Shown here: positions 52,288 through 60,987 of the stretch, piece after piece | How the letters are laid out: each line of letters starts with the position of its first letter | How positions within the stretch are numbered: position 1 is the stretch's first letter | From: a bacterium | GTDB lineage: Bacteria; Patescibacteriota; Dojkabacteria; JAKAPS01; JAJZLI01 | Direction of reading: 5' to 3' | NCBI GenBank assembly: GCA_021810605.1 | Contig: JAJZIL010000002.1 | Coordinates: forward strand, 1,109-65,108 | Length of the DNA: 64,000 nucleotides | Program-made: the position numbers and the translations under genes | The notes under the pieces: model-generated | Seen by the model: only the letters and a program-made list of their open reading frames with translations | What the model was told of the DNA's origin: nothing | Database searches by the model: none

Positions 52288-54054
52288 GTGTATAAATTAT
52301 TTATGGATATTCTTGATATTTTAGTTTCAAAAGGAAAAATTAATCAACAGGTTGCAAATGATTTAAGAATTAAGTCTATTAAAGAGAGTAAAGATATTGA
52401 ATTTATTATTAATGAATCAAATGTTATTCCAGAAAATGATTTATTTGAAGCTAGGGGTATCCTTTATAATACACCTTTTAAAGACTTATCTACTATTACA
52501 AGTATTCCTAGAGATATATTTAATATATTTAATACTAGAGATTTAACAGAAAGGATTGTTCTTCCTTTTGATAAGACTGCAGAGGGGGCAATTATGCTTG
52601 CTATGCAGAATCCTTTGGATATACAACTTATTCAATATTTTGAAAATAAGTATAAAATAAAGATTGTCCCCTATCTAGCTATTCCAGAACAAATACTTAC
52701 TATTATTAATGCTCAGTCATCTCAACAAATTGAAAGTAATGTTATAGATGATGTAGAGGCAGCAAATACTGATTTTAATATTGAAGATGTTACTGGGAAT
52801 GTAGAGAACGTATCAGGTGATATTGATGGTTCTATAAAAAATGCTCCTATTGTCAAAATTGTGAATACAGTATTGGAATATGCTGCTAAAAATGGTGCTT
52901 CTGATCTACATATTGAACCTACAAAAAAAATATTAAGATTTAGGCTTAGAATTGATGGAGTTTTATATGAAAAATTATCAGTTCCATTGGCACTTGCTCC
53001 TGCAATAATCTCTCGTATAAAAATTCTTTCAAGACTTAAGATAGAAGAAAAAAGGCTTCCTCAAGATGGAAGATTTAATATAAAAGTAGGAAAAGAATAT
53101 ATAGATTTGAGAGTATCATCTCTTCCTACTGTTTATGGAGAGAAAATCGTTATTAGACTACTCAGAAAAGCTGAATCTATATCTGATATTAAAGATATAG
53201 GAATGCAAGGTAAAGCTTTTGAGGAATATAAGAATTCTCTGACTTTAACTAAAGGGATAATTCTTATTACAGGACCTACCGGTTCTGGAAAAACTCAAAC
53301 ATTAGCTACTTCCCTATCTTATGTTAATAAGCCAACTGTTAATATAATAACACTTGAAGATCCTGTTGAGATTGAGATTGATGGAGTTAATCAAGTTCAG
53401 GTAAACCCAGATGCTGGATTAGATTTTGCAACTGGACTACGTGCATTTTTAAGGCAGGATCCAAATATAATAATGGTAGGAGAAATAAGAGATGAAGAAA
53501 CTGCTAGACTTGCTACTCAAGCATCATTAACAGGACATCTAGTTTTATCTACAATACATACAACTTCTGCAGCAGGAGCTTTACCAAGGCTATTAGATAT
53601 GGGAATAGAGCCTTTTTTAATATCATCTACAATAGAATTGATAGTGGCTCAAAGATTAGTTAGAAAAATTTGTAATCATTGTCAAGAAGATTATATTCCA
53701 GAAGAGAGTGTATTGGATAATATAAAGGAAATTTTTAAGGATAGTAGTATAGATATAGCAAAATATGTTAAATCTTCACAAGAAAAAAACAATGTGATAT
53801 ATTTATCTAGAGGTAAAGGTTGCAATTATTGTTCTAATACTGGGTATTTAGGTAGAACTGGTATATTTGAAGTCTTAGTTGTTACTAATGATATTAGAAA
53901 ACTTATATTAGAAAAGGATTCGAGTGATAGCATAAATACAGTTGCAGTAAAGAATGGAATGATAACTTTAGTTCAAGATGGATACCTTAAAGTTATAGAT
54001 AAAATAACAACAATAGAAGAAGTTTATAGAGTTGCAAAGGAAAGTGTTGAATAA
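52288..54054 (+). CDS. pilB: type IV pilus assembly ATPase PilB (GspE family)
   Basis: Walker A GPTGSGKT, an Asp box, Walker B, and a tetracysteine motif CNHC...CNYC. Confidence 0.9.
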   Translation: MYKLFMDILDILVSKGKINQQVANDLRIKSIKESKDIEFIINESNVIPENDLFEARGILYNTPFKDLSTITSIPRDIFNIFNTRDLTERIVLPFDKTAEGAIMLAMQNPLDIQLIQYFENKYKIKIVPYLAIPEQILTIINAQSSQQIESNVIDDVEAANTDFNIEDVTGNVENVSGDIDGSIKNAPIVKIVNTVLEYAAKNGASDLHIEPTKKILRFRLRIDGVLYEKLSVPLALAPAIISRIKILSRLKIEEKRLPQDGRFNIKVGKEYIDLRVSSLPTVYGEKIVIRLLRKAESISDIKDIGMQGKAFEEYKNSLTLTKGIILITGPTGSGKTQTLATSLSYVNKPTVNIITLEDPVEIEIDGVNQVQVNPDAGLDFATGLRAFLRQDPNIIMVGEIRDEETARLATQASLTGHLVLSTIHTTSAAGALPRLLDMGIEPFLISSTIELIVAQRLVRKICNHCQEDYIPEESVLDNIKEIFKDSSIDIAKYVKSSQEKNNVIYLSRGKGCNYCSNTGYLGRTGIFEVLVVTNDIRKLILEKDSSDSINTVAVKNGMITLVQDGYLKVIDKITTIEEVYRVAKESVE

Positions 54055-54057
54055 TAT

Positions 54058-55122
54058 ATGGATATAGAAGATTTACTAAAATATACAATACAAAAAAATG
54101 CATCAGATCTTCATCTTGCAGTAGGATATCCCCCGATGGTTAGGGTTGATGGTGAGCTTGAAATTGTTAATAATGTTGCAATTGACGAGGATAGTATGAA
54201 GATACTTATAGATCCTGTAATGTCAGATTCTCAGAAAGAATTTTTAGAGGTGAATAAAGAAACAGACTTTTCATATGAGTATAAGCCTACTCAAGATAGA
54301 TTTAGAGTTAATGTTTTTCATGAAAAAAGTCATCTTGCAGGAGCATTTAGACTTATTCCTAAAGATATAAGAACCTTTGAAGAGTTATTTTTACCAGATG
54401 TAATGCATAAATTTACATCTTTACCTCAAGGGTTGGTTCTTTTGACTGGACCAACTGGACATGGTAAATCTACTACTCTAGCTGCAATGCTACAGGAAGT
54501 TAATATAACATATCCAAAACATATAATTACAATTGAAGATCCTATTGAGTATGTATATCCAAAAGCAAAGTCTCTTGTTGATCAAAGAGAGATAGGAGAA
54601 GATACTCATTCTTGGGATATATCTTTAAGAAGTGTACTTCGAGAAGATCCTGATGTTGTACTTATAGGAGAAATGAGAGATTTTGAAACTATATCTGCAG
54701 CAATAACAATTGCAGAGACAGGACATTTAGTATTTGCAACATTACATACTAATAGTGCTGCTCAAACAATTGATAGGATTGTTGATGTATTTCCAGATTT
54801 ACAACAAGCTCAGATAAGGAGTCAATTAGCTGATATTATTGAAGGTGTAATTGCACAAAGATTAGTTCCTACAATTGGTGGTGGAAGAAGAGCAGTATTA
54901 GAGGTATTATTAGCATCTTCAGCAGTAAGGAATATAGTAAGAGAAGGAAAAACATATCAATTAGATAGTATTATTCAGACAAGTGGCGATATAGGAATGA
55001 TTTCTTTAGAAAGATCTTTAGTATCATTAGTAAGAGAAGGAAAAATTACTATAGATGATGCACAAAAGTATTCTTCTAAGCCTGATGAAGTATTAAGATT
55101 ATTTAAAGGAAGAAGCGAATGA
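54058..55122 (+). CDS. pilT: twitching-motility retraction ATPase PilT
   Basis: Walker A GPTGHGKST, and AIRNIVREGK, the PilT signature AIRNLIRE. Confidence 0.9.
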   Translation: MDIEDLLKYTIQKNASDLHLAVGYPPMVRVDGELEIVNNVAIDEDSMKILIDPVMSDSQKEFLEVNKETDFSYEYKPTQDRFRVNVFHEKSHLAGAFRLIPKDIRTFEELFLPDVMHKFTSLPQGLVLLTGPTGHGKSTTLAAMLQEVNITYPKHIITIEDPIEYVYPKAKSLVDQREIGEDTHSWDISLRSVLREDPDVVLIGEMRDFETISAAITIAETGHLVFATLHTNSAAQTIDRIVDVFPDLQQAQIRSQLADIIEGVIAQRLVPTIGGGRRAVLEVLLASSAVRNIVREGKTYQLDSIIQTSGDIGMISLERSLVSLVREGKITIDDAQKYSSKPDEVLRLFKGRSE

Positions 55123-56339
55123 GTGATTTTGTTTATACTGCAGCTGATAAAGATGGGGCTATAACTCAAGGAAAGATGGATGCTCCTGATAAAGATACTG
55201 CTGCAAAGTTAATTATAGATCAAGGATTAACACCTCTAAAAATAAAAGATAGTCAATCAGTTTCAATTTCAAATTTAGGTGATTTAAATTCTATAAATAT
55301 TGGTAAAGTTCCTATAAAGGATAGAGTAATATTTTTTAGGCAATTATCAGTACTTATAACTTCTGGAATTCCAATAACTGAGGCTTTAGATATAACATAC
55401 AATCAGGTTACTAATAAAGGTTTAAAAAAAATACTTAGTAGTGTAGAAAAATCAGTTGAATCAGGGAAGAATCTTTCTGATTCATTTGAACCATATACAA
55501 AGCTTTTTACAAATATGCAGATTCAACTTTTAAGAACTGCAGAGGCTTCTGGATCTTTAGATTATATATTAAATAGAATGGCTGATGACATAGAGAATCA
55601 GAGTAATCTTATATCAAAGCTTAGAGGTGCTATGATATATCCTATACTTGTTATTATAGTCTCAATAGTTGTTATAGGATTAGTAGTGACTCAAATGGTT
55701 CCTCCAATGAAAAATCTCTATGAGAGTTTTAATGCTACTCTTCCATGGCCTACTCTGTTTATAATTGATGTGAGTAATTTTGTAACAAATTATTGGATTA
55801 TAGGTTTAATAATAGTAATAATACTAGCTATAGGATTTTATTTTTATACAAGATCAAATAGTGGTAAAAAAACAATTGATAGATTAGTATTAAAAATCCC
55901 TGTCTTTGGAGGATTAATTCAGAAAATTCAGATTATAAATTTTGGAAAAACTTTTGTTTTACTTACGAAGGCTGGAGTTCCTCTAGTTCAAGGTTTAAAT
56001 CTTATATCAAACTCTTTATCTAATACATTATTTAGAAATACAGTTAAGGAATTAGCAGATGAAGTTGAAAAAGGAAGATCATTATCAGATGTTATGTCCA
56101 AATATGATATTTTTCCTCCATTAATTTGGAGAATGATTGGTATTGGAGAGCAAACTGGAAATATGGAAGAAGTTGTTTCTAAGGTTCTTGATTATTATGA
56201 AGATGAAGTTCAGAATTTAATTGATAATCTATCAAAAATTCTTGAACCTGTTATTACAATATTTTTAGGTGTTATAGTAGGATTCATTGGAGTATCTGTC
56301 TACTTACCAATTTATACTTTAGGTAGTGTAATTAAATGA
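55119..56339 (+). CDS. pilC: type IV pilus platform protein PilC (GspF family)
   Basis: Two GspF repeats with 3 TM segments, 406 aa. Confidence 0.85.
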   Translation: MSDFVYTAADKDGAITQGKMDAPDKDTAAKLIIDQGLTPLKIKDSQSVSISNLGDLNSINIGKVPIKDRVIFFRQLSVLITSGIPITEALDITYNQVTNKGLKKILSSVEKSVESGKNLSDSFEPYTKLFTNMQIQLLRTAEASGSLDYILNRMADDIENQSNLISKLRGAMIYPILVIIVSIVVIGLVVTQMVPPMKNLYESFNATLPWPTLFIIDVSNFVTNYWIIGLIIVIILAIGFYFYTRSNSGKKTIDRLVLKIPVFGGLIQKIQIINFGKTFVLLTKAGVPLVQGLNLISNSLSNTLFRNTVKELADEVEKGRSLSDVMSKYDIFPPLIWRMIGIGEQTGNMEEVVSKVLDYYEDEVQNLIDNLSKILEPVITIFLGVIVGFIGVSVYLPIYTLGSVIK

Positions 56340-56404
56340 TATTATTGACAAAAATTACATATATTGTACACTATATATAAATTAATTTTATATTAAAAAA
56401 AATT

Positions 56405-57088
56405 ATGAAAGGTATTGAAAAAGAGAATAAAAAAGGTTTTACTCTTGTTGAACTTTTAATAGTTATGGCTATTATAGGTATCTTGATAGCAATAGCTATT
56501 ATTGGATTAGGTTCAGCACAAGCAACTGCTAGAAATGAATCTAGACAAACTGCTGTAAAAGGTTTATCAGGGTTAATAGAAACATATTATGGTGACTCTG
56601 GAGGTACTTATCCTAGTAATGTGGGTATAAATTTAAGTACCACAGCTTCAGGATATGCAGCAGGGTATGTACAATTTGAATCTCCATTAGATGGTACATA
56701 TTTTACTACTGGAACAAATTTATGTAAGAATATAGATGCTCCTTTAAAGTTAAATAATGGAACTTTTGATTCAGCTGACTGTTCATCTAAAGTTTCTTTT
56801 GCAGTATCGTCAGGTAGTACTATAAATGGAGCTACTACTACTGATACTAATTCTGAAACTTATTACTTCTATATACCATTTACATCATCAACTCCATCTG
56901 CAGGAGGTGCTGCTACTGTAACTGTTGGTGCAACATCAGGAAGTCCTGTTACAGGTTATATTATTGGTGCTTGTTTAGAAAATAGTGGTATTTTTGCTTA
57001 TTCTTCAAATGGATCAAATGCTCCATTTACTACTAATGCTAATTCTATAAATGCAGATAGTGGTTCAGTGAAAATTACTTGTGGATAA
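56405..57088 (+). CDS. pilA: type IVa major pilin, copy 1
   Basis: Prepilin leader MKGIEKENKKG|FTLVELLIVMAIIGIL with G-1, F+1, E+5. Two Cys pairs; the protein ends ...KITCG. Confidence 0.85.
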   Translation: MKGIEKENKKGFTLVELLIVMAIIGILIAIAIIGLGSAQATARNESRQTAVKGLSGLIETYYGDSGGTYPSNVGINLSTTASGYAAGYVQFESPLDGTYFTTGTNLCKNIDAPLKLNNGTFDSADCSSKVSFAVSSGSTINGATTTDTNSETYYFYIPFTSSTPSAGGAATVTVGATSGSPVTGYIIGACLENSGIFAYSSNGSNAPFTTNANSINADSGSVKITCG

Positions 57089-57898
57089 ATGTATTTAGTA
57101 TTTGATATATTTGTATTTATATTTGGTGCTGTTGTTGGGAGTTTTTTGAATGCAACAGTATATAGAGTAAAAAATAAAAAAGATTTTATAATATCAAGGT
57201 CTGAGTGTGAAAGTTGTAAACATAAACTTTCACCATTAGACCTTGTTCCAGTTTTAAGTTATATTTTTCTTCAAGGAAAATGTAGATATTGTAAAGAAAA
57301 AATCTCCTCTATTAATTTTTTTTTTGAGATTATATCAGGTATAGTATTTCTACTCTATTTTAATTTTTTATCGTTTAATTATTTAATTAATAATTCTGCT
57401 TTTGTTTATATAAATATATTATTTTATCTTTTTATAATCTGTATATTTTTATATATTGGATTATATGATTTTTTCTATTATGAGATATCAGATAAGCTTA
57501 TTTTTTACTCCTCTATTTTAGTCTTTATTTATTTCCTAATATCTTATTATTTTGGATATATATCCTTATATATTATTATAAATCATATAGTTACAGGAAT
57601 AATCGTTGCTGGATTATTCTTACTTATAATTCTTATTACCAAAGGAGAAGGTATGGGTGGTGGAGATATGAAATTAGTATTTCTAATGGGTCTTATATTA
57701 GGTTATCCTGCAATATTATATGTATTATTTGTATCCTTTGTATTAGGTGCTGTTATAGGATTAATATTAATACTTATTAAAAATAAAACTTTAAAATCAT
57801 CTATACCTTTTGCCCCTTTCTTGTCTTCCTCTATAATCTTGTATATAATTTTTAGTGTATATTTATTAAGATTAATATCTTATCTTTATATTAGATAA
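57089..57898 (+). CDS. pilD: prepilin peptidase/N-methyltransferase PilD (A24 family)
   Basis: N-terminal tetracysteine CESC...CRYC, a polytopic membrane profile, and a GGGD-type catalytic region (GMGGGDMK). Confidence 0.85.
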   Translation: MYLVFDIFVFIFGAVVGSFLNATVYRVKNKKDFIISRSECESCKHKLSPLDLVPVLSYIFLQGKCRYCKEKISSINFFFEIISGIVFLLYFNFLSFNYLINNSAFVYINILFYLFIICIFLYIGLYDFFYYEISDKLIFYSSILVFIYFLISYYFGYISLYIIINHIVTGIIVAGLFLLIILITKGEGMGGGDMKLVFLMGLILGYPAILYVLFVSFVLGAVIGLILILIKNKTLKSSIPFAPFLSSSIILYIIFSVYLLRLISYLYIR

Positions 57899-57903
57899 AT
57901 AAG

Positions 57904-58572
57904 ATGAAAAAAGGTTTTACTCTTGTTGAACTTTTAATAGTTATGGCTATTATAGGTATCTTGATAGCAATAGCTATTATTGGATTAGGTTCAGCACAAG
58001 CAACTGCTAGAAATGAATCTAGACAAACTGCTGTAAAAGGTTTATCAGGGTTAATAGAAACATATTATGGTGACTCTGGAGGTACTTATCCTAGTAATGT
58101 GGGTATAAATTTGAGTACTACAGCTCCAGGATATGCAGCAGGGTATGTACAATTTGAATCTCCATTAGATGGTACATATTTTACTACTGGAACAAATTTA
58201 TGTAAGAATATAGATGCTCCTTTAGAGTTAAATAATGGAACTTTTAATTCAGCTGACTGTTCATCTCAAGTTTCTTTTGAAGTATCTAAATTTGGTCAGG
58301 TAGCTAATATAAGTACAGGTACTACTGATACTAATTCTGAAACTTATTATTTCTATATACCATTTGTATCATATTCTCCAGGTGGAAATGATTATGCTAT
58401 TCCAACTGTTGGTACACTACCAGGAAGTCCTGTTACAGGTTATATTATTGGTGCTTGTTTAGAAAATAGTGGTATTTTTGCTTATTCTTCAAATGGATCA
58501 AATGCTCCATTTACTATTAATGCTAATTCTATACATGTAGACATTAGAGAAGTACAAATTACTTGTGGATAA
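57904..58572 (+). CDS. pilA: type IVa major pilin, copy 2 (mosaic paralogue of copy 1)
   Basis: Leader MKKG|FTLVELL. About 400 nt of the 5' region and about 150 nt of the 3' region are nearly identical to copy 1, with a divergent central cassette. Confidence 0.85.
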   Translation: MKKGFTLVELLIVMAIIGILIAIAIIGLGSAQATARNESRQTAVKGLSGLIETYYGDSGGTYPSNVGINLSTTAPGYAAGYVQFESPLDGTYFTTGTNLCKNIDAPLELNNGTFNSADCSSQVSFEVSKFGQVANISTGTTDTNSETYYFYIPFVSYSPGGNDYAIPTVGTLPGSPVTGYIIGACLENSGIFAYSSNGSNAPFTINANSIHVDIREVQITCG

Positions 58573-58751
58573 ATATGTTTATCATTTGTATTAGGTACTG
58601 TTATAGGATTAATATTAATACTTATTAAAAATAAAACTTTAAAATCATCTATACCTTTTGCCCCTTTCTTGTCTTCCTCTATAATATTATATATAATTTT
58701 TAGTGTATATTTATTAAGATTAATATCTTATCTTTATATTAGATAAATAAG
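58573..58751 (+). pseudogene. pilD: pilD remnant (first about 10 nt fused to last about 175 nt)
   Basis: 58575-58751 is near-identical to the pilD 3' end at 57730-57900, but the interior is missing. Its frame gives only MFIICIRYCYRININTY*. Confidence 0.8.
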
Positions 58752-59558
58752 ATGAATAAAGGTTTTACCCTTGTTGAATTATTAGTAGTTATTGCTATAT
58801 CTATTTTCCTTATTGGGATGGCTTTAGTTGGAACTCAAGGCACTCAGGCACAAGTAACTCTTAATGCTGCAGCTGCAAGTTTTATATCTAATGTAAATTT
58901 GATGAAAAATGATGCAATTGCAGGAGATGTAAGTTTAGGTTCTGACTATGTTTCTCCTTCAACTAATTGGGTTTATGGTTTTTCTATTTTTCCAGAAGCA
59001 TTATCTTCAACTCCATCATCAAATCCAGAATTATGTCAAAGTACTGTATCAAATGAATGTGCAGCTGGATATTATACTGCGATCATAGAAGAGAATGTTC
59101 AAAGTGCTTCTTATGGATATGGAAACTATTCTCCTCCATTTAATAATTCATTAAATTCTGTATATAATTTAAATGATTATGCATATCCTGAAAGTTTAAT
59201 AAATCATAATATTTATATAAGAAAGATATTTTCTTTAACACAAACTCAAGTATCTTATAATAGGAATGCATATAATTGGGTTTATTATAACTCATTACCT
59301 GCTGGAGTTAGTATATCTTATCCCAATACAGTTGTTTCAAATGAATATTATTTCCCTGTATTTCAAGAGTTAACAGGATATATATATCTTTATAACTTAA
59401 ATACAGGTAATTTAGTAACAAGTTCTAGTAATACATCTTTATCAGTAGTATTTAATTTATCTTATGAAGGTTATACTATTCCTATAACTTTTTATGATTT
59501 ATATAATAGTAGTAATGAGTCTAATTCTTTTTCTGAAGGAATAATTACAAATGGATAA
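58752..59558 (+). CDS. minor (pseudo)pilin with prepilin leader
   Basis: MNKG|FTLVELLVVIAI class III signal peptide. Confidence 0.75.
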   Translation: MNKGFTLVELLVVIAISIFLIGMALVGTQGTQAQVTLNAAAASFISNVNLMKNDAIAGDVSLGSDYVSPSTNWVYGFSIFPEALSSTPSSNPELCQSTVSNECAAGYYTAIIEENVQSASYGYGNYSPPFNNSLNSVYNLNDYAYPESLINHNIYIRKIFSLTQTQVSYNRNAYNWVYYNSLPAGVSISYPNTVVSNEYYFPVFQELTGYIYLYNLNTGNLVTSSSNTSLSVVFNLSYEGYTIPITFYDLYNSSNESNSFSEGIITNG

Positions 59559-60189
59559 CAAAAAAGGTTTTACTTTAATAGAAATTCTTATAACAATAGT
59601 TTTATTAGGATTTTTACTTATTGCTGTACTTGAGGCAGAAGCTTTATCAATAGATAATAATTATTATAATGTATATAGGTTATATTCAAGAGAAATTCTT
59701 TCATATGAGCTTTCGTATGCTCATATTTGGGCTAATGAAGGAAATATTAACTGGAATAGTCCTACTCCAGAGCAGATTTCTTGTCCAGGTTTTGGAGATT
59801 CTTCTGTTATATCAGGAGGCTCAAATTTGGGTGATTGTTTATCTATAAACGATGTAGGACAATTTTTAAATATAGCTACTGTAGGAACATATAGTATTCC
59901 TTTGCCTAAAGATATTGGTATATTCCTATATATTACACCTACTACTACGCATACACAAGCAGAAGTGTATGCTTTTGTCCTCTGGTCTTTTTCAACTAAG
60001 GGAGTAAAATCAAATCTTGAAGAGCAAGATAGTGAAATTTTTGGATCTAGCAGTACAACTTCACCATATTACTATATAAAAAGTACCTTAGGATCTACTT
60101 CTACATTTCTTAATTATTTAAATGGAGAAAATACTCTTCAATTTAATAATGCAATTTCTGGAAGTGATATTATTACTAAATTAAATTAA
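59551..60189 (+). CDS. minor (pseudo)pilin with prepilin leader
   Basis: MDNKKG|FTLIEILITIVLLG. Confidence 0.75.
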   Translation: MDNKKGFTLIEILITIVLLGFLLIAVLEAEALSIDNNYYNVYRLYSREILSYELSYAHIWANEGNINWNSPTPEQISCPGFGDSSVISGGSNLGDCLSINDVGQFLNIATVGTYSIPLPKDIGIFLYITPTTTHTQAEVYAFVLWSFSTKGVKSNLEEQDSEIFGSSSTTSPYYYIKSTLGSTSTFLNYLNGENTLQFNNAISGSDIITKLN

Positions 60190-60191
60190 TT

Positions 60192-60860
60192 ATGTTAAAT
60201 AAAATTTCAAAATTAAATAATATAGGATTTACTTTAGTAGAAACTCTTATTGCTATGGCAATATTCACATTTATTGCAGTTCTAATTGCAGAATCATTTG
60301 CAAATACTATTTTTTATACTAGTAACCTATCTTCAGAGATAAAGATTGAAAATCAAGTACAAAGTTCATTGGAATATATAAAAAGAGAAATGAGATTATC
60401 TGCATATACTACATTTAATGATCAAGGTACAGTAACACCACCTAATACTTGTGATTATTTAGGGCAACAATTATATTATGGGAATTCTCCAATTTGTAAT
60501 TCTCCTTCATCAGGAGGATCATTTAATTTATATAATGCTTCAGATCAATTAATTGGAAGTATTACTCTTCAATCAGGTATATTAGATTTTACTAATTCAT
60601 CAATTTCTGGATCTCCAATATCAATTCAATTAAATTCTAATGGGGTTAATATAGAGAATATTAGTTTTTTTTATGATAATTATGATTTTTCAGGGACTTC
60701 ATATAGTGGAAAAAGTTATATATTTCCTTATATAAATATTTTTATTGAAGGTTGTCAGAAAAGTTATTATAATTACCTATTTAATAGTTCTTCTAATACT
60801 ACTCCTGCATGTGTTCAACTTATAACAACTGCTACAAATGAGAATTTTGTATATCATTAA
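60192..60860 (+). CDS. minor (pseudo)pilin with prepilin leader
   Basis: ...NNIG|FTLVETLIAMAIFTF. Confidence 0.7.
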   Translation: MLNKISKLNNIGFTLVETLIAMAIFTFIAVLIAESFANTIFYTSNLSSEIKIENQVQSSLEYIKREMRLSAYTTFNDQGTVTPPNTCDYLGQQLYYGNSPICNSPSSGGSFNLYNASDQLIGSITLQSGILDFTNSSISGSPISIQLNSNGVNIENISFFYDNYDFSGTSYSGKSYIFPYINIFIEGCQKSYYNYLFNSSSNTTPACVQLITTATNENFVYH

Positions 60861-60987
60861 TTAGTATTGAATTTTTATATTATATTGTATATATTAGATA
60901 TAATGAAATTTTTAAAAAATAGGAAAATATTACTCAAAGTTATAGTTTTTTCTATATTTTTTGTGTTTGTCGGAATTTTTTTATATA
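60856..60987. repeat. right copy of the 132-bp inverted repeat (pairs with 45027-45158)
   Basis: See the left copy. It covers the promoter and 5' end of the ORF at 60867. Confidence 0.9.
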
